NCBI GenBank assembly: GCA_951406725.2
Contig: OX597833.1
Span: 9,424,001-9,488,000 of the forward strand
Direction of reading: 5' to 3'
Source of the DNA: Octopus vulgaris
Taxonomy: Eukaryota
DNA length: 64,000 nucleotides
Both the position numbers and the translations under genes were made by a program. A model generated the notes under the pieces. It did not search any database, was not told the DNA's origin, and worked only from the letters and a program-made list of their open reading frames with translations. This document shows positions 39,268-52,195 of the stretch, piece after piece. Numbering within the stretch: the first letter of the stretch is position 1; every line of letters starts with the position of its first letter.

Positions 39268-39301
<34 letters not shown>

Positions 39302-39422
39302 CTTCTAATATAGGACAAAACTTTTTCAAAAATTTCATCAAGCATATTAAAATACATTTAAAGGTTGAAATTATACACAAGGGCAAAAGAAAAAAAAATT
39401 CTTTTGCTTTTATTCATAATTG

Positions 39423-39505
<83 letters not shown>

Positions 39506-39544
39506 ATAAAAGGCGTTAGAGTTCCATACAAATCAAAAGTTATG

Positions 39545-40070
39545 GTTAAAAAAATGTAAATAAAGTTGGAAAAACCACAGAAGTATTTTTCAGAGAATGT
39601 TTCATAAAATATTACCGATTTCGATGTATCCATCTTACCAAATATTTGAAATATTAGAAAGAAATTTGGTGGGAGTCAAAGAAAAGACACACTACACACA
39701 CACACCAAAATAAATGACAAATAATTCTACCATAATCCCCAGAATAACCATCCTTAAAAAAACATTTAGCCATTTTCTCTCGATAGAAAAAAAACAAAAA
39801 TGCTTTTGATTTCAAACACACACACACACACGCTGCTGGCTAAACCATAAGTAGCTTTCTATCCAATTCAAAAGACCTTATGAAACTTGAATCCCACCCG
39901 AAACCTTCACAGACAAAACATTGAAAACCCCCTAAAAGATGTATTTTTCTCTCTGACTCCCAGAAAATTTCTTTCTAATATTTCTAATATTTTATAAAAT
40001 GGATTCATCGAAACCGGTAATATTTTATTAAACATTCTCTAAAATATACATCTGTGACTTTTTCAACTTG
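39545..40070. mobile_element. Diverged fold-back Penelope pLTR-like element
   Basis: 39560-39690 is mirrored by 39940-40068; right arm contains catc-GAAA-ccgg-TA (hammerhead 3' half) as at 2393. Confidence 0.6.
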
Positions 40071-40134
40071 ATTTACTCTTTAAAACTATTTATCGACTGT
40101 AAAAAACAAATCCGAAAGAAGAAACACTCTAAGA

Positions 40135-42050
40135 CCGTGTTTTCCAAACTGTGTCGCGCTACATTAGTGTGTCGCCAGCAGGGAATAGATGTGTCGCAAA
40201 CGTATGGGGAACCAATATATAAAATACTCAATACCAATTTGTTTCAGCTTTTCAGCATCTGTTTGTTAACATAGCGAACATATCAATGCATTTACCTACC
40301 GGCTATCGTTTCTCAATGTTTGGAAGCTGCCCTCGCAAGAAAAAAAAAATCACAAGTAATCTTCATAATATAACGCTTATTTCCATTGTATTTTATTCAG
40401 TGTAAAAGAATTAACAAATTGCAAGCGCTATTCTCTTGTCCGAAGTAAATTGAAAATCGATTAAAAGTTTTCAAATCCGCACTTGTTTTAGTAAACGAAA
40501 CAAACTGGGACTCCTATCAAATTGCTTAAAGTTGTTGCTCCCCTAAACATGTAATACGCATTACTGAGGGTGAACTAATAATTATGAAATCACATTTAAT
40601 TCATGTTACACCTCTTGTTTATCAGTTTCGTGGGCTTAGCCTTAGGAACCGGGTGTTCTAATTAAGTGCAACGTGCCATTTCTAACTTTAGCGTACTGGT
40701 GATATTAATTAACTGTTTAGCTATCATAATTCTATAATAAATCAACTTAGTTTTATTCATAAATAGTAATCGAATTATACATAAAATGGTTAAGTTTTTA
40801 ATTAAGAAACGTTGCAGAAGATGATATTTCCAATTAACAAACTTTAACAGCTACGAAGGAAACCACTCAAACAACTGTCGAACGACCTGCATCAGTGAGT
40901 GAGAAGAACACTGGAAAAATTGCAAGCATCGGTTATACAATAAAGGTTAGATAAAACTGGGCTTCTCATTCTCTAGAAATGGAAACAACCCTGGTCCCCT
41001 GTGCTTAGTTAGTGGAGATATGATTGCAATGAAAGAATGGTACCAAACAAATTAAAGCGTCATTTCAGCACTAGCCACTGAAATTTGTCAAAATCAGTGG
41101 AATACTTCATTGAACTTTCAAAATCTCTAAAAAAAAAAAAGCAGGCTTCAACGTTCACAAAAAGAATGAAGACATCAGAAAATGTTCAACAGGCAAGTTA
41201 CTTGGTTGCTCAAATAATTGCCAAAAACAAGGAACAACACAGTATTGCTGAAAGTACTATAAAGGAATCTTGCTCTGCTATTGTTCGAACAATGTTTGGA
41301 CCTGAATTTGAGACAGAAGTTAATAAAATTCCTCTAGCAGATAACACAATTGGAAAACGAATTCAAGATATGTATGATGACATTAAGCTGCAAATGAAGG
41401 ATAGTTTTCAAGATAATAAGATGATGTTTGCATTGCAGTTAGACAAATCAATAGATGTTAGTGGGTTAGCACAATTGATAGTTTTTAAACGTTTCATTTA
41501 TAATGACAGAATTATTGAGCAATTCTTGTGTTGTTTACAACTTCCATTGAGAACTAGTGGTGAAGACAATTTTCAAGCTTTAAATTCTTTCAAGAAGGAA
41601 AATAATTTATTATGGTTAAACTGTGAAGGAATACGCACAGATGGCGCACCCTCACTGGTAGGTTCAGTAAAAGGTTTTACAACTTGAGAAAAAAAAAGAG
41701 AATACAAATATAATTATTCATTGCTTTTTTTTTTGCATCGCGAATCACTAATTGCGCAAACTGGTGGAGATGATTTCCGAAGAGTTATAAAAGAAGTGGT
41801 CCAAGTGAGCAATTATAACAAATATCTTAAATCAAAATCATTTGCTCATATTTGTGAAGAAATGGGAGAAAATTTCAGGAGACATCTACTATTCACAGAG
41901 GTTCGTTGGCTTTCAAATAGTCGTGTGCACTGTCGCGTATAGAAATTGAGAGACATAATGCTTAAACTTTTTGAAGAAATGTTTGCAATATTATGTTTTG
42001 TATTAAAAAATAATTTTCTGATGTTGGTCAATTTGTTTGATCAAAAGTTT
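40135..42050 (+). mobile_element. Degenerate Buster/Charlie-type hAT transposon, 3' end not seen
   Basis: Left end ccgtgttttccaaactgtgtcgcg after ctcTAaga (nnnTAnnn); BED-finger remnant MVPNKLKRHF; ASYLVAQIIAK...HSIAE; FALQLDKSID; TDGAPS; LHRESL; TEVRWLS. Confidence 0.88.
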
Positions 42051-42090
42051 CCTGCATGTTCTGCTTTTATATATATATATATATATATAT

Positions 42091-42398
42091 CACCGTGATC
42101 ACCGTGACCGACCAGGCTATCAGATGTTGCTACACATCGCTGGTCGCAATGCGCTTCGCCATGTTTTAGCCTTCAAATGACGCCACCCCGCTGGCTAAGC
42201 GAGTAGGCCAACAGGAGAAAGAGTGAGAGAAAGTTGCGGCGAAAGAGTACAGCAGGGATTGCTACCACCTCCTGCCGGAGCCTCGTGGAGCTTTAGATGC
42301 GTTCGATCAATAAACACTCACAACACCCGGTCTGGGAATCGAAACTGCAATCCTACAACCGCGAGTCCGCTGCCCAAACCATTGGGTCATTGCACCTC

Positions 42399-42400
<2 letters not shown>
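42091..42400 (-). mobile_element. tRNA-derived SINE
   Basis: Head and body match 13128-13305; different tail ending ggtcacggtgatcacggtg. Confidence 0.85.
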
Positions 42401-42464
<64 letters not shown>

Positions 42465-42562
42465 TATATATATATACACATATATATACTTATATATCTA
42501 TATATACACACATATATATACATATATATATACATATATATATATATACATATACATATATA

Positions 42563-45500
42563 ATAATGTTCGTCCTTCGGCTCGAAGATGACCAACTGAC
42601 ATCATCTGATGGAACTGCCGCCATGAGACCTGAGGTGGTTGGTGAGGCCAATCCGGGCAAGGAAGCCCCTCCCACAGGTGGGGCAGAAGTGGGTAGGGGC
42701 CGTGCTACTGGTGCAGGCGGCTCTGTCTTTACGCATCTGACGTTTCTGCTCCGCTGACCGAATCCGTCCCTCCTCGGCTGTCCCTGCTCCCACGGTGATT
42801 GCGCTGCGCCAGGATGAGCGGTTGGCAGCAAGTGTCTCCCAGGTCTCTGTTCCGATGGAGAAGTCTTTGAGAGAGACCTTGAGACTATCCTTGTAGCGCT
42901 TCTTCTGCCCTCCGACTTTGCGCCTGCCCTGGCCGAGTTCACCGTAGAAGAGCTGTTTTGGGATGCGAGTGTCGGACATGCGGGAGACGTGGCCCGCCCA
43001 TCTCAGCTGGGCCTTGCGCATGATTGTGATGGTGCTAGGGAGATCTGCCTGCTTCAGAACTTCCGTGTCTGGGACTTTGTCCTGCCAGCGGATGTGAAGG
43101 AGGTTCCGAAGACACCTGAGATGGAAGTGGTTTATCTGGCGCTCGTGCCTTCGGTAAGCAGTCCACGTCTCGCAGCCGTATAGTAGGGTGGTAAGCACGA
43201 CTGCCCGGTAGACTTTCAGCTTGGTGTTGAGGCTGATTCCTCTCCGCTCCCAGACTTTCTTTCGCAGTCTCCCAAACGCGCTGCTTGCCTTGGAGATTCT
43301 GTTGATGGTTTCAGCATCTATGTTGGCATTGCAGGAGAGAGTGCTGCCCAGGTAGGTGAAGTTTTCCACCACTCGTAGGATCCGTCCGTTCACCCTTATC
43401 TGAGGCTCATGGTATTGTTTGCCGGGGGGCTGGCTGAAACATCACTTCGGTTTTCTTGGCACTGATGGTGAGACCGAAGATGTCACAGGCTGATGAGAAC
43501 CTGTACATCTCGAGCTGCATCTCCTGCTCATCGATTGCATTAAGGGCGCAGTCGCCAGCAAAGAGAAAGTCTCTGACGACTGTCCCCTCTGTCATTCCGT
43601 CGTGGAACTGGCGGACAATTGCAATAAATTTGCTGGGGCAACCAAATTTTCCCATGACCTTCCATAGTCCCTCCCGACTGACTGTATCAAAGGCCTTGGT
43701 GAGGTCAACAAAGGTCATGCAGAGGTCAAGGTGCTGGCGGGCGGCGAATATCATGTCAGTGGTCCCTCGACCCGCGCGGAATCCACACTGGCTCTCAGGG
43801 AGAAGGCCTTGCTCCAAGTGTTCCAGAAGGCGGTCAAGCAGGACCCGGGCCAAGATCTTGCCTGCTATGGACAAGAGGGAGATACCTCGGTGGTTGTTGC
43901 AGGACTGCCGATCTCCTTTCCGCTTATAAATGTGGACGATTGTTGCGTCCCGGAAATCTTGAGGGAGTTGTTCCCTGTCCCACATCAACTGGAACAGGCT
44001 GGTGAGCTGACTGATCATGGTGGGGCCGCCCGACTTGAACACCTCTGCAGGGATGGCGTCAGAGCCTGGAGCTTTGCCGGTGGACATTTTTTTGATGGCT
44101 CTGCTCACTTTCTCGACTGCAGGGGGAACAGCCAACTCGTGGTATGTCGGCACCTGGGGGAGTCGTGCGATTGCTTCCTCGTTGATCTGGGCTGGTCGGT
44201 TGAGCACGATGTTGAAATGCTCCGCCCATTTCTCCAGGATCAGCCTCTTGTTAGTCAGGAGTGAGGTTCCATCCGAGCTGAGCAGGGGGGGTTGATCCAA
44301 AGGAGAACTGCGGTCCATAGACAGCTTTCAGCGCCTCGTAGAATTTCTTGGTGTCGTGTTTGTCTGCGTATCCCTGAATCTCATCCGCCTTGGCGCTTAA
44401 CCATGCGTCTTGCATGAGGCGGAGTTTAGCCTGGACTGTGCTGCGAATGTTGTTGAAAGCGGCCTTCTTTGCCGTGCAGGTGGTGTCATTTTGGTGAGCC
44501 CGCAGCAGACGGCGTTTCTCTTCCAGGAGCTTTTGGATTTCCTGGTCGTTTTCGTCGAACCGGTCCTGGTGGTTCCTCGTAACTTGGCCCAGAGTTTCAA
44601 GGGCGATGGAATGAACCGTGTCCCTGAATGATTCCCACTGCTCATCGATGCTGGACTGGTCACTCCGAATGTCCAACAGCTTGCTGTCCATACGTGACTG
44701 GAGATCTTGTGCAGTCAGCTGGTTCTTTAATTTCGTGATGTTAAGCTCCCTCGTCACTTTCTGACCCTGTGGTCTTCTCTTAGGTCGGATGTAGAAATCC
44801 ATCCTGGAGATGATGAGGCGATGGTCCGTCCAGCAGTCAGCTCCGCACATGGCTTTGACCAGTTTCACGTCCCGCCTGTCTTTCGCCCTGACGATGACGT
44901 AATCTATCAGATGCCAATGTTTGGAGCGTGGATGCATCCATGATGTCTTGTTGCGTGTTGGCAGACGGAACAAGGTGTTGGCGATGGTAAGATCATGGGA
45001 GGCACACGCACGCAGGAGGAGCTGTCCGTTGCTGTTGCACTTTCCGATTCCTTGCTTTCCCAGTACGCGATGCCAGGCTTGGTGGTCAGTCCCGACACGG
45101 GCGTTAAAATCCCCAAGGAGGATGAGCTTCCCAGGCTGGGCTGACGTGATGAGGGAGTCGAGTTCCTCATAGAACCTGTCCTTAACTTCTTCAGTGTTGG
45201 TCATGGTGGGGGCGTAAGCACTGATGATGGTCGCACTAGTCTTGTTTCCAAGTGGGAGCTGCATCTTCATCAGCCGATCGTTGATACCCTCGTGGGGGGG
45301 GGGAGCTTTCCAGTTTCCGCACGTGTACTGACAATGGCAAAACCAACACCAGCCTCACGACGCTCTTCGCTGCTGCGACCACTCCAAAAGAAAGTATAGC
45401 CGCCGCCTGTCTCTGTCAGCTGGCCTTTGTCCGCAAGGCGGGTCTCGCTCAGTGCTGCAATATCGACATTGTATCGGCTCAGTTCTCTGGCCACCAGGGC

Positions 45501-46303
45501 AGTTCGTCTCTCTGGTCTGTCCGCTTTGGTGTTGTCAAGCAGAGTTCTCACGTTCCAAGTTGCGAAAGTGAGCACCTTTGTTTGTTTTCTTCTTTCTTTG
45601 TTTCGACCGCTTGGAAAGGATCCCCGTCAGCCGCGGTTTGCTGACCAGGGTGAGGTGAGGCAGGCTATGTTTAGGGCAACCTTTTCTAGCCCCGTCCTCA
45701 TGCTGGGGAGGCGAGCAGAGCGATCCTGAAGAGGGCTGCTCGGTCACTCAGCAGGCTGCCGGACTCCACTGCTGCCTCAGTTCAGTGAGGGGCGACCACA
45801 TGTCCTGAGCCGCCTGTGTGTGGGTTCACGACTGCAGCTCCCAGTGTATCCTCACCTGCTACTTCGCCGTTTCCCCATCGCCACAGGACTTTGGGATGGT
45901 GTCATAACGTCATGATGTCGTGACATGCGCGTGAATTGGATTATAGTGAGGGTGACTTGCGCAGGATCAGCCTCACTCTCTCGTCCTGGTGCGCCGAATC
46001 CAGTGGCAAGACAAAGTCAAGACGACTGGGGGTAGACCAAGATGCAGGAGCTGCCGGAAGGTGGCACGCATGGCGCAATCCAACCGCCTTAGGGGCTCCA
46101 CTCCGGATTTTGGATGGCCATTGACTCATGAGAGAGTTCCTCTGCCCTTTGACAGGTTTTGTTTTTAGTCCTGCTGGATGTCCAAATCACCCTCCTCACC
46201 AAGAAATCTTGGTGGGGTTGCCAGTTTAGTCGCCAACGACCCGACCATGTAACAGGTTGTACTGGGTTACATGTTACCAGTAGCTCCAAGCGGAGACCTG
46301 ACT
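42563..46303 (-). mobile_element. Near full-length RTE-clade LINE with internal deletions
   Basis: APE (TWNVRTLLD, RPERRTALVAREL, ALSETR, SAYAPT, LGDFNARVG, DH), RT (GKAPG.D, RGISLLSIAGK, ESQCGFR, FVDLTKAFD), C-terminus LRWAGHV.RM and CPTC...H...H; long 5' UTR; 3' end gaaggacgaac; frameshifts near 45290, 44290 and 43420. Confidence 0.95.
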
Positions 46304-46304
46304 A

Positions 46305-46332
46305 AATATATGTATGTATATATATACATATA

Positions 46333-46365
<33 letters not shown>

Positions 46366-46437
46366 TTATACATACATATATACATACATGCATATATTTA
46401 TACATATATATATATACATATATATAGATACATATAC

Positions 46438-46469
<32 letters not shown>

Positions 46470-46567
46470 ATACATACATATACATATATACATATACATA
46501 TATACATATATATACATATATATACATATATATATACACATATACATGCACATATATATACATATAC

Positions 46568-46618
<51 letters not shown>
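46305..46618. repeat. Compound TA/TACA microsatellite (similar tracts at 50336-50890 and 51638-52195)
   Basis: Low-complexity tracts that generate most spurious ORFs. Confidence 0.95.
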
Positions 46619-46619
<1 letters not shown>

Positions 46620-47310
46620 TAGCATTAAAGACACGTCGTTGCCGGGTCATAGTGCTAGTGCATGTATATATGTGTATATATATGTGTACATATTACATGT
46701 ACATCTATATATATACATCTACACATAAAATGCAAAATACAAAGTTATATCTTGATTTCGCTAGTGATAGCAATACGCAAAATATATAACAGACTGGAAT
46801 TGTTAGCTCTTCTTTTTTCTCTACATTGTATACTTTATAGACAATAGTCTTTTCTTTAATTTCATGTTTTATTATCCATCTGGACTATTCCATTTCTGCA
46901 CGCTAATTTTATTTTTAATTTAATTCCCATTCATGTGAAACCACTTATTCAAGTTCAAATCATTGATGCAATTTTATACCAATTGCTATTTCTACTTATA
47001 TTATACTTTAGTTTGATTTTAATTATTACTTACTACATATAATTCAATTGTTATTATTATTTTTATTGTTAAAGTGAAAGCATCTGACATAAAAAAAAGA
47101 GAAATATTTTTGTTTCACTTTTAACACGTAATACTGAAATAGTGGAGAAGATATATTGCTATGAGCTCGCTCTAGGCAAGAAGTTGAACGTTTTTTGCTC
47201 ATGAAACTACATGGACCCTAAGTAAGGCATGTGTAAAATTTGAATGAAATTGGTTGTGTAGTTCTCAAGTTTTAGGAAATCGTAGTGGAGAAGATATGTT
47301 ATTGCTGTAT
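46619..47310 (-). mobile_element. Non-autonomous Helitron sharing internal sequence with family A
   Basis: CTAG plus hairpin at 46619-46650; 46660-46803 matches 15007-15153 and 46925-46990 matches 15481-15545. Confidence 0.7.
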
Positions 47311-47351
47311 ATATATATATATACATACATATATATATATACATGCATATA

Positions 47352-47496
47352 CTTTATTTAAAGCAGCAGAAAATTCAACAAAACCTGTTACTCTGAGTTT
47401 CCCGTTGCCGTTCATCTAGCAAAAACTGTCCGATGAACGGCAACGGGAAACTCAGAGTAACAGGTTTTGTTGAATTTTCTGCTGCTTTAAATAAAG
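47352..47496. repeat. Perfect 65-bp-arm hairpin built from a hammerhead-like unit
   Basis: 47352-47416 is the exact reverse complement of 47432-47496; 15-nt loop; right side reads ctgt-CCGATGA-acg gcaa cgg-GAAA-ctcagag-TA-acag. Confidence 0.9.
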
Positions 47497-47770
47497 CATA
47501 TTACTCTACCACTGGTATTTGAGTACTCTTTTCTCCACCTTGTTTCACATTTATGTGTTTACTCCGGTATACATACATATATATATATAGTAGATAAATG
47601 AATTATCTTATTACGGATTATTCAAATGATAACCGATACCTGGGTAGCAAAAATCACAACAGAAAAAGCACGGTGGAGGTTACGACCATGGGGTCTAAAA
47701 TCCGTGCCTTAGTGCGGAAATTTGAAGTTTTATATATTTAGTGTAGGAAGAAATGGAGCTGAACGAAGAC

Positions 47771-50090
47771 TTAACAAAATTCCTTTTTATTATTTTCTAC
47801 ATATGTTTCAAAGGCTGCAAAGTCCCTAATTCGGATTGAATAAGGAGTCCATTTTGCAGCCTTCTCTTCAGGAAAATCCAGGAACTTAATTCTCCAACAA
47901 AATGCACAGCAAGCTTTTCGACAAACGCTCACGAGGAGCCCATGGAATAAATGGCACAAACAGTCTGTCAAAATGCGTTGAAAGAAATGAAAGAAATGGC
48001 ACAAACAGTCTGAAAGAAATGTATGCCGTTTCCAGTGTGTGCATCTGAAAGAATTTTGCACAATCGAGTTAACAAGGTGCCCTCGGGCGAACAGAATATG
48101 AAAGAGTTCCGAGTTGCAAAGAGCACAGATTTTTTTGCCTTTATCAAACGGTATAGACACCGATAAAATTGACCATTCCAGTCTAAAATTTGAATTCGCG
48201 TTCTTCAAACGCCAGACTAATTTACTTAGTCCCGTAGCGTGTTTCTTTTCCTCATCACGAAACGTGGAAAAATGATTCGATATTCTAACAGCCAATTTCG
48301 ATGATGAAGCTCCGATATACATGTAGACATCTGAATCAGTATAAACTCTGCACTGGTAAATGGCGTTTCTAATCTTGGAGTTACTAGATAAGAACCTTAT
48401 TCTATTGGGATTGGTTTCCGATATTAATACAGCGCTCTTATTACTATGATGATTGTAAAAACTACCGCTGGATTCGATATTATTCACCCCATTATCATTA
48501 CTATTTAATACAATATCATCTGCATGCTCCCAGCTACTGTGAATGCTGTGATTGCTAATGTCCGTAATGCTACTGTTGTTAAAACCGCTGCTAATATTGT
48601 TGTTGGGACTCCCTACATTAATGACTAGATCAGTGCTCTTATCCTTATTACCATTACTTACGTTAATGACGAGATCATTGCTCTTATCCTTATTACTATT
48701 ACTAACACCAATGTTGGTATGGAGGTTGCTAATATCTGTGCCAGTACTATTATTATTATTATTATTATTATTATTACTGCGTGTTATGTTGGAATTAGAC
48801 GGAGCAGAGTCTCCGCTCATGGGTGAGAGGGTCTTATTTAGCAGCTTATTGTTATGGGAGGAAATTATCTGTGAAAGATTTTTAGTATTGGAGAAGGCTA
48901 TCCTAACTTTGTGTGAATTTACAGTGGAGAAATATCTTGAATTTCTGGGAAAATTTCTGGCAATTGCTTGGCGAAACTGCAACGGTAGGTTAGATCTTAT
49001 TTGTTTACCAAAGGGAATTACAAACCAAATATAGTTTTTCCTGTTCTTGTACTGGCTCGGGGAGTCATCTCTAACATTAAGGTGGGTATCTCTGGGTTGA
49101 ATAATGGGTTTTGGCTTACTATGGCCTCCCCTGGACCGCAAATTATTTATGTTATCTATATTTATGCTAGTTGTACTTGTATCGGCATTCCTCAGGCTAC
49201 CATCACTACTTATATTATTTATGTTATTGTAACTTGCCTTATCCTGATGATAGAATGCTGGTTTCGGAAGGGCCGGGTCTATATATGCTACCTTCTCCCT
49301 ATATCCGGCTTTTGACAGGGCGGCATTATAAAATTCCGCTTTCTGCCTAAAAATGTCAACGTTGGCAGACAAATTAGTTAATCTTTGAGAAATTTTTTTA
49401 ACCAAATTGTCTGTTATAGTTTTTGCGTGGTTAGAGAAAACACTGACATACTTTAAGTTAGTGGAAGGTTTGTGGTAGGGGCAGTAAGAATCGCTATGCA
49501 GGTCTAGTGTGACATATAAGAAATTTACCTTGGTAAGTTCGTTATCAAAGACTATGCTCATGCCCATTCTATTAAAGAACCTAGCTAATCTATTTTTAGT
49601 TTTCTGTATCATTCTATTCGGGTTGTTCTGTAAGTAAAACAGACAATCGTCACGATATAGGCCGCCTCCGATGTCCGGGAATTGGTCGGATAATTCATAA
49701 AGAATATAGATTCCGACCAAATCGGCAACCTGGGCGCTATCTGAACTACCCATAGGTACATCGAACTCGTTGGGAGTATCCTTACGAACCCATAACTTAT
49801 CTTCAAACTGTATAAAGGATTTTCTGGCGACTAGAATTATATCAATTTCTTCTCTTGTGAGGCCTGCCTTATTATGTGCATGCCACAGGGCCTTATTGAG
49901 TACACTAGGGTTAATCGAGGGGTAGAAATTAGCAATATCGAACTGAATGAACTTAGTTCTGTTTTTATTAGGGATAGAAGAGAATCACTTTACGACTTGC
50001 GAGGAGTTCGCCCAAAGGTTAAGCTTAAGCTTATTAACTAAACTAGGAATGTATTTGTCTAAAATGTACGTCGGCTTTCACCTAGCCTGG
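47771..50090 (-). pseudogene. PLE RT plus GIY-YIG polyprotein, one in-frame stop
   Basis: FIQFDIANFYPSI, FDVPMGSSDSAQVADLVG, GLYRDDC, YHKP, IWFVIPF, IYQC...YIG...RISNH, CALCNSE, CTH; TGA at 49985-49987. Confidence 0.9.
47792..47877 (-). ncRNA. Hammerhead ribozyme motif in the 3' pLTR
   Basis: Reverse complement of 50197-50282. Confidence 0.85.
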
Positions 50091-50196
50091 CGTCAACGCA
50101 TTTTGACAGACAGTTTGTGCCATTTATTCCATGGGCTCCTCGTGAGCGTTTGTCGAAAAGCTTGCTGTGCATTTTGTTGGAGAATTAAGTTCCTGG

Positions 50197-50282
50197 ATTT
50201 TCCTGAAGAGAAGGCTGCAAAATGGACTCCTTATTCAATCCGAATTAGGGACTTTGCAGCCTTTGAAACATATGTAGAAAAT
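50197..50282 (+). ncRNA. Hammerhead ribozyme motif in the inverted pLTR
   Basis: attttc-CTGAAGA-gaaggctgcaaa...tttgcagccttt-GAAA-catatg-TA-gaaaat: canonical core, 6-bp stem I, 12-bp stem II, palindromic stem III. Confidence 0.85.
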
Positions 50283-50333
50283 AATAAAAAGGAATTTTGT
50301 TAAGTCTTCGTTCAGCTCCATTTCTTCCTACAC

Positions 50334-50437
<104 letters not shown>

Positions 50438-50651
50438 CATACATATATGAGTGCGTGATTCTTTACATGCGTTCTTATATACATCTTTTAATATCTTAAT
50501 GTGTGGGCATCTGTGTATGTGTATGTAAGGATGGACGTACGTATGTATATATGGGTGTGTGTATATGCGTATGTATGTATGGGTATACATGTGCATATGT
50601 GTATGCATATGTGTATGTGTATGTGTATATGTGTATGTGCGTGTGTGTGTA

Positions 50652-50688
<37 letters not shown>

Positions 50689-51522
50689 GTATAATGCCCG
50701 TGTATATATGCGCATATTCTGTTGTATGTATGTATATATGCGCATGTGTGTGGGTGTATATGTGTTTCTGTATATGTTTACACGTGAGTACGCATGTATG
50801 CTTATATGCTTGGAGCTGTGTATGCGCGCGTATATGTGCGCGTGTATATGGGTGTATGTATCCATGCTGGTATGTATGTACAAGATGACCACTTAATTCA
50901 AGGAACTAGATTAACTGCTCAACAGCTCTGATTTACAATACACTAGGTCCCCAGACGCCCCTGTTGATTTATTGACACCCAAAACTTCTACAACCAAATT
51001 TTGTCATTTTCCTGACCACCATGTTTGGTCCTAACCACTATACATCCCTTATCCTTATATTTTTTTACATTTTTTATCATTTTTATTCCTATTTTTATTT
51101 TTATTTCTATTTTATTTCTATTTTAACTTTATACCTTTATATTCATTTATATTTTTTTTATATTCTTTATATCCCCTTTATATCTCCTTATATCTCTTTA
51201 TATCTTTATACTCTACATTTTTAGATTTTTCTATACTTACACTTTTTATATATTTTTTATCCTTCGTCCTGAATTCTCGCCCCTCCATCTTTACCCCTAT
51301 CTACTCTTATTACCGGGTCCCTTCACGTCTATATATGTATTTATTTATTAATTTATTTACATTACTTCAACATCCAAATTTCCCCATTCTACATTGAGAG
51401 AAGAAAGAGATGACGCTTCAATTCTATGCTGTTGCCGCATTATGTTGTACGCGAATGAGAGGATTTGCATCCCCAACCAAGAATTTTTGATGTAACACAT
51501 GTCCTTGCGGAAGTTGTTGTGC

Positions 51523-51600
51523 GCGGTTGAAGAAGGCCACAGACATACATTATGCATTGTTATAAATCTGTCTAATAAAGGCCCGAAACATATGTACCGC
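51523..51600 (+). ncRNA. Hammerhead motif (U3 variant) at the end of a probable PLE 3' fragment (about 50900-51637)
   Basis: gcgg-TTGAAGA-aggcc...ggccc-GAAA-catatg-TA-ccgc, preceded by a pyrimidine-rich tract and followed by (TA)n. Confidence 0.7.
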
Positions 51601-51691
51601 TGAATCCTTGGCATCATGTTTTTATTTTGATCAATTTACATACATATATATACATATATATGCATATATATACATATATATATATATACAC

Positions 51692-51722
<31 letters not shown>

Positions 51723-52195
51723 CATATACATACATATATATATATACATACATATACATATATACATACATATACATATATATATATATACATATACATA
51801 TATATATACATACATATATATATATACATACACATATATATATACATGCATATACATATAAATACATGTGTATAATACATGTATATATATATACATACAT
51901 ATATAAATACATACATATATATATACTTACATATATACATACGTATATATATATACATACATATATATACATGTATATACACACATATATATAAACACAC
52001 ATATGTATATACATACATATGTATATACATACATATATATACATACATATGTATATACATACACATATATATACAAATATATATACACATACATATATAT
52101 ATACATACATATACATACATATATACATACATATATGTATATATATATATACATATACATATATATGCATACATATATATATACATACATATATA

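Noticed and set aside
49985-49987. In-frame TGA in the Penelope ORF as possible selenocysteine
   Set aside because: It falls at what is normally a conserved Trp (VVKWF), so TGG to TGA is simpler. Selenoprotein PLEs belong to the N-terminal-endonuclease Naiad group, and I saw no SECIS.
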